Below, piece after piece: positions 18,964-29,110 of a stretch of DNA of 64,000 nucleotides. The stretch is from NCBI GenBank assembly GCA_039208735.1, contig JBCCQY010000010.1:1-64000 (forward strand). Direction: 5' to 3'. The position numbers and the translations under genes were made by a program. Positions within the stretch are counted from its first letter, which is position 1. The number at the start of each line of letters is the position of its first letter. The DNA comes from Myxococcota bacterium. GTDB taxonomy: Bacteria; Myxococcota_A; UBA796; GCA-2862545. The notes below the pieces were generated by a model that was not told the origin of the DNA, made no database searches, and saw nothing but the letters and a program-made list of their open reading frames with translations.

Positions 18964-19908
18964 ATGCTGTTCTTCATCGCGACTGCTGCCGCACAGGTCA
19001 CTGGGCACTACCACCCCGAGGACATCCAGATGCAGTCGGAGATGTTCGCTGAGGCTTCGGAACGCTTGTCCGGCGTGTTTGACCAGCGGTCCCGTGACCT
19101 TCGCCGGTTCGCGATCGCGCTGAACGAGTATCAGGAAGCCCTCGACCTGCTTGGCGACCGTGCCTCAGAAGTCGAGCGGACCCGGCTGCTCGAACTTCGG
19201 CGTGCGTACAGCAAACAAGAATCCGAAGTGCAGTTCGTGGCCGACGGCGTCATCGAAGACTTCGACACGGCGATGGTGGCGGCCATGCAACGAGCCATCG
19301 AGCCGTTTGGCGACGCGCAACGGTGCAAAGCACGACTCCAGAAGGGACCTCAGCTGCCTGGGATGCCCGTCAAGGACGAGCCCAACCCCGAATGCAAGGG
19401 CCAGAACCTCAATGAAGCCATCGCCAAAGCCATGGATGAGGACACCACCCTGGCCAAGGTCGTCGACGAGGTCCTGGAACGCCCTTGGCCCGCCATCGCC
19501 ATGCCTGACGAACCACAGCCCGTCTTGGGTGAGGGAGCGACCGAGTGGATCTTGGTTCGTGACCTCATGACGACAGCCGCCAAGCCGTCCCTCAGCGACA
19601 TCACCCGTCGCGACGACGAACGGCGCCAGGTCATCGATGCGGCGCTTGAGGAGGAGGGAGAGCTGGACATCGACGCGTTGCGAACCGAGGTCCGGCGGAT
19701 CGAACAGCAGACCGCAAACGCGCGGACCGCCTTGGCGACCCCGGTGATCGAGATGGCCGAAGCGCGTCTCGCGAAGAAGGTGAAAGAGGCCACCATTGGC
19801 TGGTGCGCGAATCCTCGCTCGTTCGGTGGATGCGCCGGGACGGATGCCACCAAGGCCCGGGTGAGCCTCCTCATGGAGGATCGGAAGTTCAAGAAATCGC
19901 TCCCTTGA
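18964..19908 (+). CDS. Hypothetical exported, helical protein
   Basis: Signal-like N-terminus, GGGAG SD, coding-like codon usage, four Cys; no family recognised. Confidence 0.75.
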   Translation: MLFFIATAAAQVTGHYHPEDIQMQSEMFAEASERLSGVFDQRSRDLRRFAIALNEYQEALDLLGDRASEVERTRLLELRRAYSKQESEVQFVADGVIEDFDTAMVAAMQRAIEPFGDAQRCKARLQKGPQLPGMPVKDEPNPECKGQNLNEAIAKAMDEDTTLAKVVDEVLERPWPAIAMPDEPQPVLGEGATEWILVRDLMTTAAKPSLSDITRRDDERRQVIDAALEEEGELDIDALRTEVRRIEQQTANARTALATPVIEMAEARLAKKVKEATIGWCANPRSFGGCAGTDATKARVSLLMEDRKFKKSLP

Positions 19909-19998
19909 TCGAACGCATTCGATGGGTCGGCCTTCCCCCGAGTCACGAATCCGTCACATCAAGGATGCTGGTCCCGTCAGCGTGATCTAGAATAAGGC

Positions 19999-20340
19999 AT
20001 GCCGCTGGATCTGGAGTTTGATGTCGGCCAGCTGCGGTGCTTGATTGGAGAGCACCGCCTGGTTTGCACCACACAGCGGCTCGCCATCGGGCGTCTGCGT
20101 CTTCCATTCGTGCAGATTCTCGACCTCCGAGTCAGTCGCCATCTGTTCTTCGTTGAGGTCGCTACTCGCACGGGGACGCACCGCTTCTACGCGAGCCCTC
20201 GCCCTTGGGAGCACCGGGATTGGGAGCGCCTAAGCGACCACCTGTTGCACTGGCACCAACGGGCCCACCAACAAGGCGACCGTGCCGATGTGCCTTCAGA
20301 ACTCCTCCGCCTGCGCAAGCGCCCCTTGCTCGTGGGGTAG
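19999..20340 (+). CDS. Small hypothetical protein
   Basis: 113-aa ORF filling an intergenic gap, with TAGAAT 5 nt upstream of the ATG. Confidence 0.55.
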   Translation: MPLDLEFDVGQLRCLIGEHRLVCTTQRLAIGRLRLPFVQILDLRVSRHLFFVEVATRTGTHRFYASPRPWEHRDWERLSDHLLHWHQRAHQQGDRADVPSELLRLRKRPLLVG

Positions 20341-20580
20341 GGTGCCGGGGTCGACAATGGAGAGTGGTGGGCGTGTCCGTCCTCGATCGCACCGCTTACC
20401 TTGGAGTAACCTGGACTCATTCGTTTTCAGGGACCTGCGGCGATCGGGGCTACACGCTCGAATGCCGAGACACCTTCCTTCCGCCGGACGCCGCCTGCGC
20501 GCTGCAATGACGAGGATTTGAAGTGGGCCGAGCCCGGCTTGGTTTCGCGCGCGGCAAACCGCATCGCGGTATTGCACCAC

Positions 20581-22239
20581 ATGGATCGTTGGCAGCGTCA
20601 GTCCCTCGACGAGTGGTACCTCCATTTGCAACTCGGTCCTGCCGATGCCGCGGGGTGGAATCCCAAGCGAATCTGCGGATTTTGGATTGAGTGGCATGCG
20701 CTCGCGGAAGCGTTGGGTGAGCGAGGCGTCGTCGATGTCTACACCGGGTTTGTGCACCCTGCCTTGCGGGGGGCGATTGCCGGGTTGCTCGGTTGGAGCC
20801 GCGACCAGCTTTACGATGTTCTGAACGGTCGCCAGGTGCTGCGTCCGGATGGCACGCTCGGCCCCGCGCTGCCGGGAACCCCCGATCGGGTCGTGGGCGC
20901 CCGCGTGGTGCGCGCCATGCTCGCCGAGGTGGAGGTCGACGCGACGTGGCGCCGCGCCCTCGACCATTTCGGACTGCAAAACATCGAATCGCTGGTGTTC
21001 CATCAACTTGTCGGACCGCCCCCTGCGTTTCGGGCTCCCCGCTATTTGCACGATGGTTCGCGCACGATGCGACGACCGTCTCCGGTCCAGCATCCGCTCG
21101 CCCACGCCTTCGACGAATTGCGGTCCCATGTGGACCGGTACCGCAAGCTCGTCGAACTCCACGCTCCACCGCCCATCCTCGACGCGGAACTCCGGGAGCA
21201 GACCCGCCCTCTAGAGACCTACTTTGCGGTCGCACGCAAGACCGCGCGCGAAGGCCTGGAACCCCGCACCGGCTGGGTCGTGCCCTTGCGGCCGAGCTAC
21301 GAACCCGTGCCCATCGAGCCGCATCCCGAAGAGCCGCCTCCGGTAGACGAGCCCGCCTCGGCGATCTTCATCGATCCCGAGCACCTTTTGGTGCAACGCG
21401 CTTCGCGGGTCGAGCGCCTGCACGTTGCCACTGGTGAGGTCACCCCCACCTCCATCCCGGATACGGGTTTCCGGCTTGTCGGCGCCGATGACCGCCAACA
21501 CCTGTTGTTTGCTCGGGGTGGGTTGCGGGTGTGGGACCAACGAGGCGATCGCTGGCTCGACGTGGTGCCCTCGGAGATGCCCGCGGTCATCGTGCAAGAT
21601 GCAGACCCTGAAGAAGCCCCCTTTCGCAACGTGCGCGGAGGGGTCGTTCAACGCATCGAAGACCTCGTTGAAGCAGGTGATCGCCCCACGCTACTCGCGC
21701 TTTCGAACGACCTGCGCTTCGCCCTGCTCGGTGCGGCCCATCAACCGACAGGCATTTTCGCGATCGAAACCGGCTTCGTCCACCAGCACCTCACCGAACC
21801 GGACTGGTTGGTTCAGCCCTGGACGAACACCGAAAATCCCGAGGCGTGGAAACGAGGATGGACCGCCCATCCCCTCCGTCACGTGCCGGTGGCCCTCACA
21901 GACGGCACCGTTCAGCCCGCCCGAGAGTGGGCCTGGACCGACGAGCACGCGAAACTAGGGATGCCTCGCCCCGAACGCCGCTCCGCCCTCTGCAGTTCCA
22001 ACCATGGCTTCCGGCTCCTCCTTCCCAGCGGGTTGTGGATCGACGTGATGGAAGACCGCGTGATTCCACGGGCCCTCTTCATTCGTGATTGGGAGGCCGC
22101 CGCCTTCTCGAGCGACGGCACCCGGCTCGCCCTTGTGGACGCGGCCCACTTTGCGGTGTGGGACCTCCGCACGTTGGCCCTCGTTCAGACGGGCTCGTTG
22201 GCCCCGGCTCCGTTCCGAGACGTACGCTTGGTGCAATAA
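20581..22239 (+). CDS. Hypothetical protein with beta-propeller-like C-terminus
   Basis: Long ORF (track start 20518 TTG; ATG 20581 preferred); WD40-like AAAFSSDGTRLALVD...VWDL near the C-terminus. Confidence 0.65.
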   Translation: MDRWQRQSLDEWYLHLQLGPADAAGWNPKRICGFWIEWHALAEALGERGVVDVYTGFVHPALRGAIAGLLGWSRDQLYDVLNGRQVLRPDGTLGPALPGTPDRVVGARVVRAMLAEVEVDATWRRALDHFGLQNIESLVFHQLVGPPPAFRAPRYLHDGSRTMRRPSPVQHPLAHAFDELRSHVDRYRKLVELHAPPPILDAELREQTRPLETYFAVARKTAREGLEPRTGWVVPLRPSYEPVPIEPHPEEPPPVDEPASAIFIDPEHLLVQRASRVERLHVATGEVTPTSIPDTGFRLVGADDRQHLLFARGGLRVWDQRGDRWLDVVPSEMPAVIVQDADPEEAPFRNVRGGVVQRIEDLVEAGDRPTLLALSNDLRFALLGAAHQPTGIFAIETGFVHQHLTEPDWLVQPWTNTENPEAWKRGWTAHPLRHVPVALTDGTVQPAREWAWTDEHAKLGMPRPERRSALCSSNHGFRLLLPSGLWIDVMEDRVIPRALFIRDWEAAAFSSDGTRLALVDAAHFAVWDLRTLALVQTGSLAPAPFRDVRLVQ

Positions 22240-22242
22240 GGC

Positions 22243-23505
22243 CTACAGGTCCATCGCCTTAAGCACGCCGTCGAGGGTCGCCTCTGCCGTCACCGGGGGG
22301 TTTGCATAGGGCGACGCCAGTCCTTCGAGCTGACCAGCGTGGTAGTTCACGACCAGTTCGGGGTCCTTGAGCAGGTGGCCCGTGAGAATGCCCACCACTT
22401 GGGCATCCCGCGCCACCACACCGCTCGCCACCAGGCGCTTAAGGCCGGCGACCGTGGCACAAGATGCTGGTTCGGCCCCGATGCCCGACGCATCCACCTG
22501 GGCCTTCGCATCGACAATGGCCTGGTCATCGACGCGCACGGCAACCCCATCCGTAGCGCTTAAACCCCGAAGGCTCTTGCGCCATGACACCGGGTCTCCG
22601 ATGCGAATCGCCGATGCGATGGTCTCCGCCTGAACCGGAACCACGTCCGCCCCCTCGTCAAACGCCGTCACCAGGGGACTCGCGCCCGCAGCTTGGACCA
22701 CCGCAATCCGAGGCAAGCGATCGATCAACCCGTGGGCGTGCAGTTCTTGAAGCCCTTTCGCAATCGCCGAGTTGTTGCCCAGGTTGCCCCCGGGCATCAC
22801 GATCCAATCCGGCACCTGCCAACCCAAGTCCTGCAGGATCTCGAACCCAATCGCCTTTTGACCCTCGATGCGGAACGGGTTCACCGAGTTGACGAGGTAG
22901 ACGTCCTGGGTGTCGCACACCTCGCGCACGAGTTGAAGGGCCCGGTCGAAGTCCCCTTCGATTTGGATGGTGCGCGCGCCGTACGCAATCGCCTGCGACA
23001 ACTTGCCGAAGGCGACCTTGCCGGCCGGCACGAAGACGTAGCCCTGCATTCCGGCAATCGCGGCATAGGAGGCCATGGAAGCACTGGTGTTTCCCGTCGA
23101 TGCGCAAGCCACCCGGGTTTTGCCAAGCACGCGAGCCATCGTGACGGCCACCGTCATCCCACGGTCCTTGAAGGATCCGGTTGGGTTCTCCCCCTCGTGC
23201 TTGAGCCACAACGCGTCCAGACCGGTGTAGCGCGCAAGCGTAGGCGCCTCGTACAACGGCGTGTTGCCTTCATGTCGCGCCACCACATGGGCGGGATCGA
23301 CGGGCAGAATGAACTCGCGGTACCGCCACACGCCGCTTCGATCAAGGGGATCGCGCGATGCCCGACGTGCATCGAGCGCCGCGAGATCGACATCGGGGCG
23401 TTCGTGGTGAACGACGTCGAGCGTGCCTCCGCAATCACAGACGTAGCGAGGTTCAAAGGCGGGATACCGCGCCTGGCATCGCACACAGCACAAATCGATG
23501 GTCAT
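22243..23505 (-). CDS. thrC: Threonine synthase
   Basis: N-terminal Cys knuckle, EGNTPL, KHEGENPTGSFKDRG (PLP Lys), ASTGNTSAS, PGGNLGN, TGHLLKD. Confidence 0.95.
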   Translation of the reverse strand: MTIDLCCVRCQARYPAFEPRYVCDCGGTLDVVHHERPDVDLAALDARRASRDPLDRSGVWRYREFILPVDPAHVVARHEGNTPLYEAPTLARYTGLDALWLKHEGENPTGSFKDRGMTVAVTMARVLGKTRVACASTGNTSASMASYAAIAGMQGYVFVPAGKVAFGKLSQAIAYGARTIQIEGDFDRALQLVREVCDTQDVYLVNSVNPFRIEGQKAIGFEILQDLGWQVPDWIVMPGGNLGNNSAIAKGLQELHAHGLIDRLPRIAVVQAAGASPLVTAFDEGADVVPVQAETIASAIRIGDPVSWRKSLRGLSATDGVAVRVDDQAIVDAKAQVDASGIGAEPASCATVAGLKRLVASGVVARDAQVVGILTGHLLKDPELVVNYHAGQLEGLASPYANPPVTAEATLDGVLKAMDL

Positions 23506-23512
23506 CGCGTCC

Positions 23513-24451
23513 TCAGACCTGCCGCACACCTGGACAATCCGCGGGCGAAAGCAACACGCGGCTTTCAACGCCATTCGCCCGCAGTGCATCTTGGGCCGCC
23601 CGGGCGACGTGTTCCGCCTGCCTTTGGGAACGGCAGAAGGCAAACAAGCTTGGTCCCGCGCCGCTCACCGAACTTCCGAGGGCTCCTGCAGCAAGTGCGG
23701 CCTCGATGGCATGGGCCCCGCCACGAATCAGCTCGGTTCGCTTGGGCGCGACCACCGCATCTCCGATCGACCGTGCGAAGAGCGTCAGGTCGCCCGTGAA
23801 GCACGCGGTGACGAAGGCGGCGATGTCGGCAGTGTTGGACACCAACGACGGCAGAGGAATCGCGTCGGGCAGCACTTCACGGGCCATCTTGGTGTGGACC
23901 ACGAGGTCGGGCGTGATCACGGCGAGCACGAGCCCCTGCGGTACGGGAAGGCGCACCACATCGAGCGGATCCACACGACGAACGAGGACCAGCCCGCCCA
24001 ACAACGACGGAGCCACGTTGTCAGCGTGCCGGCCCGCAATGGCCGCTTCGGCCTCCAAGCACGCCTCGATGAGGTCGCGCTTGCGCAGGGGTTTGCCCAA
24101 CAGAAGGTTGACCGCCCAAGATGCGGCCACCGCAGAAGCGGCCGAACTCCCGAGCCCCGACCCGATGGGCAGCCCTTTGTCGAGTTCGAGGGCCACCCCA
24201 ATGTCGACCCCAGCCAATTCGAGGGTCGCCTTGGCCGCAATGCCCGCGGTGTTCGCTTCCGCCGTGGTGGGAAGCACACCCCCATCTCCCCGAACCGCAT
24301 CGAGGCGGACGCCGGGCTCCGCGATTCGGCGGGCCAATACCGTGTCCCCCGCGCCGTCCACCGCCAACCCCAGCACATCGAAGCCCGACCCGAGATTCGA
24401 GACCGACGCCGGTGCAAAGGCCCGCACCGTGGTTCCGATCGGCAGCGCCAT
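23513..24451 (-). CDS. thrB: Homoserine kinase (GHMP family)
   Basis: APASVSNLGSGFDVLG, KGLPIGSGLGSSAAS, HADNVAPSLLGG and SGAGPS motifs. Confidence 0.96.
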   Translation of the reverse strand: MALPIGTTVRAFAPASVSNLGSGFDVLGLAVDGAGDTVLARRIAEPGVRLDAVRGDGGVLPTTAEANTAGIAAKATLELAGVDIGVALELDKGLPIGSGLGSSAASAVAASWAVNLLLGKPLRKRDLIEACLEAEAAIAGRHADNVAPSLLGGLVLVRRVDPLDVVRLPVPQGLVLAVITPDLVVHTKMAREVLPDAIPLPSLVSNTADIAAFVTACFTGDLTLFARSIGDAVVAPKRTELIRGGAHAIEAALAAGALGSSVSGAGPSLFAFCRSQRQAEHVARAAQDALRANGVESRVLLSPADCPGVRQV

Positions 24452-24454
24452 GGC

Positions 24455-26971
24455 CTAGCTCCTCACCGCGGCAATGCGCAGGATGTCGCTCAGCACGCCC
24501 ATGGCGGTGACCTGCACCCCCGCCCCGGGCCCCACCACAACCAATGGCCGATCGGCATACCGGTCGGTTTCGAACTGGACGAGGTTGTCGGTGCCTCGCA
24601 ATTGGCCCAACGCCGAGGTGGCCGGTACCGCGGTTGGCCCTACCCGGACGCCATCTGGGCGCACAGACGCCACGTAGCGCAACACCTCGCCGCGCTCCTT
24701 GGCGGCCGCGACCTTCGCCGCCAGTGGTTCATCGACCTCTCGGCGCAATCGTGCCAGCAGCTCATCGACCGGTAACCCACCCCAATCGTCCGGAACCAAG
24801 CCCTGTCGCTCCACGACGACGTCCGGCGCAGCCACCCCCGACCACCGAGCCAAGATGAGGGCCTTGCGCGCGACGTCCCAGCCGGACAGATCGTCGAGCG
24901 GATCGGGTTCGGTAAACCCCCGTTGCATTGCGTCTTGCACGGCGTCGGACAGGGACATCCCCGCCTCGACCGCGCCCATGAGGAAGCCTAGCGTGCCCGA
25001 GAGGCTCCCTTCGATGGCCCGCACTTCATCTCCGGTGGCCATAAGCATCTCGAGGGTGTCCACGATGGGCAATCCTGCACCCACCGTGGCCTCGGCCCGC
25101 AACACCCGGCCTCGTTCCTTGCGAATCGCGCGAATTCCCGCAAAGGTGGCGGCATCGGCGGCAAGCGGCTTCTTGTTCGCCGTGACCACGTCCGCACCGG
25201 CTTTGAGCGCGCTCACAAACGCCTCGGGGGCCGCATCGGCGTCGGAGACATCCACCAAGATGGGTCGCGACAAGCGATATTGAGCCGCCGCTTCGACCAG
25301 ATCGCTCGGATGCCCCGGCTGGCCTTCCGGCAGGTCGACCAAGGCCCCCTCGGCCTCCTTGTGGGCCAACAACGCGGTTTGCGCCTCAGGCTCGAGGCCC
25401 AAGGGCGCCAGTACGTACCCCGTGCGGTCGACCACCCCCACGATGCGCGGCTGCAACGACAGACGCTCGAAGGGTTCAGGATGCTCCGCGATTCGCCGCA
25501 CAAGGGCCCGGCCGATCTGTCCGCATCCCATGAGCAAAAGGTCGAGCCGCCGTTCGGCCGAGTCGCCCGTATCGAGGCGGTCGAGCCCGAACTCGCGGTG
25601 AATGGCCCGCAGCGCAAACACCGTACCGGCCTGCTCGATGGCCAACGAGACGTTGAGTTCGCTCGAACCTTGGGCGATCGCCAACACGTTGATGCCTTGG
25701 TCCGCCAGCGCGGTAAACAGACGGGCCGCGACCCCAGGGGTCTGGGCCATGCCAAGGCCAACCGCCGCGACGAGCGCAACATCGCGGCGCACCACGATTT
25801 CCTCCACCTCAGCCCCCGCGATGGCGTCTGCCAACGCACGTTTCAGGACCTGTTCGCCAACATCGGACGCAGCGCTCGGAATCGCGAAGCAAATCGAGGA
25901 CTCCGAAGACGACTGACTGATCATTGTGATCGAGATGCCCGCCTCGGCTAGGGCACTGAAGACCCCCGCGGCAACCCCAGGCCGGCCTGCCATGCCTTTG
26001 CCTTCAATGCTCACCAACGCTTGGTCTCGAACCGCGGTCACCGCCTTCACGGGATGAGACCCCGGCGTGAAGCGGCCATCCACCACCGTTCCTGGCGCAT
26101 CGGGATGAAAACTGTTGCGGATGTAGACGGGAATGCCAGGATTCACCACAGGAATCATGGTCCTGGGATGCAGCACCTTGGCCCCGTAGAACGAGAGTTC
26201 TGCGGCCTCCCGGTAGTTGAGCTGGGGAACGAGCCGCGCTTCCGTGACGTCGGTGGGATTGGCGGTGAAGACCCCATCCACATCGGTCCAAATCACCACC
26301 TCGTCGGCTTCGAGGACGGCCCCGAGGTACGTGGCCGAAAGGTCCGTCCCCCCTCGACCCAAGGTGGTGGTCGCGCCATCGGGAGCTCGACCACAGAACC
26401 CGGTCACGATGGGCACCATGCCCTGCGCGAGGAGCGGCAGGATGCGATGCCGGGCCGGTCGAGTCCCCGTCGCGGGATCGGGCTGCGCCGCACCGAATCG
26501 GTCGTCGGTCTCGAGGAACTCGTCCGCGTCCAGGACGACCGGACAGATGCGGCGTCGCTCGAAGGCCACCGCCAGCAAGCGTACCGAGAGCTTCTCACCG
26601 ATCGAAAGCAGCCGATCCCTTGCTCGGGCGGGCAATTCGCCAATCGCCACCGCCGCTTGCAACAGGGCTCGGGCTTCGGCGAGCGTCGCGTTCACCGCCG
26701 ACTCGAAGCCCTGCGCGTCAGACCCGCCCGTCAACTCGTACAGCGCGGCCATGTGCAGGTCATGCAACTCGACGATGGCAGGCTCGACTTCGTCTGCGCG
26801 GCCGGTCGTCACCCGCTCCGTCAATCCCACGAGCCGGTTCGTGACGCCGGCCATCGCCGAGGCCACCACCACACGGTCGCCCGGACACCCCGCAATGAGG
26901 TCCGCGACGGCCGCGATGCGCTCCGCCGAGCCAACGCTCGTGCCCCCGAACTTGTGCACCACAATGGTCAT
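24455..26971 (-). CDS. thrA: Bifunctional aspartate kinase/homoserine dehydrogenase
   Basis: KFGGTSV, TTTLGRGGTD, WTDVDG, two ACT domains, GCGQIG, VVTANKK, EATVGAGLP, GFTEPDP, GPGAG. Confidence 0.96.
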   Translation of the reverse strand: MTIVVHKFGGTSVGSAERIAAVADLIAGCPGDRVVVASAMAGVTNRLVGLTERVTTGRADEVEPAIVELHDLHMAALYELTGGSDAQGFESAVNATLAEARALLQAAVAIGELPARARDRLLSIGEKLSVRLLAVAFERRRICPVVLDADEFLETDDRFGAAQPDPATGTRPARHRILPLLAQGMVPIVTGFCGRAPDGATTTLGRGGTDLSATYLGAVLEADEVVIWTDVDGVFTANPTDVTEARLVPQLNYREAAELSFYGAKVLHPRTMIPVVNPGIPVYIRNSFHPDAPGTVVDGRFTPGSHPVKAVTAVRDQALVSIEGKGMAGRPGVAAGVFSALAEAGISITMISQSSSESSICFAIPSAASDVGEQVLKRALADAIAGAEVEEIVVRRDVALVAAVGLGMAQTPGVAARLFTALADQGINVLAIAQGSSELNVSLAIEQAGTVFALRAIHREFGLDRLDTGDSAERRLDLLLMGCGQIGRALVRRIAEHPEPFERLSLQPRIVGVVDRTGYVLAPLGLEPEAQTALLAHKEAEGALVDLPEGQPGHPSDLVEAAAQYRLSRPILVDVSDADAAPEAFVSALKAGADVVTANKKPLAADAATFAGIRAIRKERGRVLRAEATVGAGLPIVDTLEMLMATGDEVRAIEGSLSGTLGFLMGAVEAGMSLSDAVQDAMQRGFTEPDPLDDLSGWDVARKALILARWSGVAAPDVVVERQGLVPDDWGGLPVDELLARLRREVDEPLAAKVAAAKERGEVLRYVASVRPDGVRVGPTAVPATSALGQLRGTDNLVQFETDRYADRPLVVVGPGAGVQVTAMGVLSDILRIAAVRS

Positions 26972-27004
26972 GTCCCCCCCTACCACTCCGTCGGCGGCCG
27001 AGGG

Positions 27005-27754
27005 TCAGACCATGACCCCTCGCGTAATTCGGCCCCACACCAACCAGGGCGAGACCACGAGGCGCACGAGGCCTCCGTGGTATTGGCCGACCACCGCCTC
27101 CACGGCTCGCCGGAAGGTTTCGGTGCGTTCGGGACCAAGTTCCTCGCGCGACAGCCCGGGATGACGATGGAGCGACCGGACGAACACGGGTACGGGTTGC
27201 AGCACCGTCTGCGGGCGAGCGCGCCATAGCCCTACGCGCCGAAACCTTGAAAGCTTGGTCACGAACATGGCCTCGTCGCTGGTCCGTCTCGCCCCGCGGC
27301 CCGGCACCCAGTGGGTGAGCAGCTCATCGAGCTCTTTTGCTCCCCCATCGAGCTTGTCGCCCCGGCCCACGGCGACGAACCAGCCATTGCTGGCTCGCCC
27401 GAGCTTGGGGAGCGCCCGACTCCAATCCAGCCGGTGCACCGGGTCGCTCGCCACCACAACGTCGTAGGGTCCGCCCAGATTGGCCCGTTCCGGAGGGCCT
27501 TCCTGCCACCGCACCCGACGACCGTACGGCAAAGCCTGGGCCTTTTCAATCTGGCTCGCCTGCGCTTCGAGGGCCGTTACTTCGAGGCCTCGCGCGGCCA
27601 GCCGACGCGCGATCTCCCCCTGTCCTGCAGCGACTTCGAGTACCGTGCCCTCGTCCGCCAAGCGCACCAGTCGGTTGACGAGGGACACTGGATAAGCGGG
27701 CCGCGAAACACCCTTCAACCATTCGGGCTCGTCTGAGTTCGACTCAACTTGCAT
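27005..27754 (-). CDS. Class I SAM-dependent methyltransferase
   Basis: RPAYP, VLEVAAGQG motif I, VTALE, YDVVV. Confidence 0.75.
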   Translation of the reverse strand: MQVESNSDEPEWLKGVSRPAYPVSLVNRLVRLADEGTVLEVAAGQGEIARRLAARGLEVTALEAQASQIEKAQALPYGRRVRWQEGPPERANLGGPYDVVVASDPVHRLDWSRALPKLGRASNGWFVAVGRGDKLDGGAKELDELLTHWVPGRGARRTSDEAMFVTKLSRFRRVGLWRARPQTVLQPVPVFVRSLHRHPGLSREELGPERTETFRRAVEAVVGQYHGGLVRLVVSPWLVWGRITRGVMV

Positions 27755-29024
27755 CGATCACCGTCCGCGCCTTCTCGAGGTCGTTCGAATCGACGTAGAT
27801 CCGACCAATGACGCGTTCGTCGGCGTAACGTTCGAAGACCTCGGAGACTTGAGCGAGCGGCCGCACGCGCTCGACAGGCATGCCCTTCGTGCGTTCGAGG
27901 ACGTAGATGGGATCTGCATTCCGGCGCTTGGCGCCGTATTCGGCGTAGCGCGACAATCGACCGGTGCTCGCGGCCGCAATCGTCGCGATGCCGGCCTCTT
28001 CAAGCCGGTCGGTCATCGTCTTGAGGTCGACGTTGTCGGGGCTTCCATGGCGCTCGAAGACCCGGCGAAAGGGTCGATGCTCGACAATGCGCCGGGCCCA
28101 AGGCTCCGAACTTCGGCGCAGGTCCGCCTGAAGCCCCACATCATCGGCGTGTAAGTAGCGATCGAGGTCACCCGGCAGGGCGTAGGGCGCCTCGTCGGTG
28201 GCTCCGACGTGGCGCCGCAACATCTCCTCGTACACCACGGACTTGTGGTGGAAGTAGACCATCAGGAACATGTGGTGGCGGGCGAGCAAGAAGTGGTCGA
28301 AGGCGTAAACGGCTCGACCTTCGAGGGCGAGGTTGACGCGATCGTCATCGGTCCACGTCGTAAGGTTGCCCAACAGCCAGCCTACATCCACCTGGCCATA
28401 GCGAGCCCCCGAGTACACCGCGTCACGGGGCAGGTAGTCGAGCCGGTCGACATCCAGCTCGGAGCTGACGATCTGGGAGAGCACGCGGCGATAGTCTAGT
28501 CCGCCATCTAAAAAGAAATCGTCGCCGGGCGATAGCTCTGGACAGACAAGGGAAGCCACGTGTCGCGCAGTGAAGTCGAAGTGCGCCCCGATTGCCGCTC
28601 TCAGGCTCGAGTGCTCCAGGATCGCGATCGTGTAGTCCTCATGGGTGGCACGGCGATCACCAGGTTCGAGCCACCCCAGATTCAGTTCCCGCACATGGGG
28701 CATGGAAAACTCCATGCAGTGCGAAAACGGCGGGTGTCCAAGATCATGGCAAAGCGCGGCAATGCGGACCACCGTCCGCAGTCGATCGCGCATCGTTGGC
28801 GTCGAGAACGCCGTGTGGCGCAGAGCCGTATCGAACGCCTGCCCCGCAAGGTGCATCACACCAAGACTGTGCACATAGCGGGTGTGCATGGCCCCCGGAA
28901 AGGCCATTTGACTGAACCCCATCTGGCGGATGGAGCGCAGCCGCTGGACCCACGGATCGTCGAGAATCGCCATCTCACTTGGCGACAGCTCGATGGCGCC
29001 GTGAATCGGGTCGCGAACCTCCAC
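27744..29024 (-). CDS. HD-domain phosphohydrolase (SAMHD1/YwfO-like dNTP triphosphohydrolase family)
   Basis: RDPIHG, QRLRSIRQMG, HTRYVHSLG, HDLGHPPFSH, DVDRLDYL, VYFH. Confidence 0.92.
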   Translation of the reverse strand: MEVRDPIHGAIELSPSEMAILDDPWVQRLRSIRQMGFSQMAFPGAMHTRYVHSLGVMHLAGQAFDTALRHTAFSTPTMRDRLRTVVRIAALCHDLGHPPFSHCMEFSMPHVRELNLGWLEPGDRRATHEDYTIAILEHSSLRAAIGAHFDFTARHVASLVCPELSPGDDFFLDGGLDYRRVLSQIVSSELDVDRLDYLPRDAVYSGARYGQVDVGWLLGNLTTWTDDDRVNLALEGRAVYAFDHFLLARHHMFLMVYFHHKSVVYEEMLRRHVGATDEAPYALPGDLDRYLHADDVGLQADLRRSSEPWARRIVEHRPFRRVFERHGSPDNVDLKTMTDRLEEAGIATIAAASTGRLSRYAEYGAKRRNADPIYVLERTKGMPVERVRPLAQVSEVFERYADERVIGRIYVDSNDLEKARTVIDAS

Positions 29025-29110
29025 CGTACCTCCCTCTGTTGGTCCTGGTACCGAGGCAACGTTCGAATCACCAATGCGGGAGCGCCACGGTGTTAGGCTG
29101 CCCCCCAGTC

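Noticed and set aside
20462..20521. 19-aa upstream ORF whose TGA overlaps the TTG at 20518
   Set aside because: No compositional or regulatory signature, and ATG 20581 is an equally good start for the downstream gene.
26972..27004. Threonine attenuator or leader peptide
   Set aside because: Only about 33 bp separate thrA from the upstream gene, with no Thr/Ile codon run or terminator.
9856..29024. dCTP deaminase and HD dNTPase as a nucleotide-depletion anti-phage system
   Set aside because: Dcd here is the dUTPase-fold housekeeping type, not the kinase plus CMP-deaminase defence type. The two genes are about 17 kb apart in housekeeping contexts with no defence-island neighbours.
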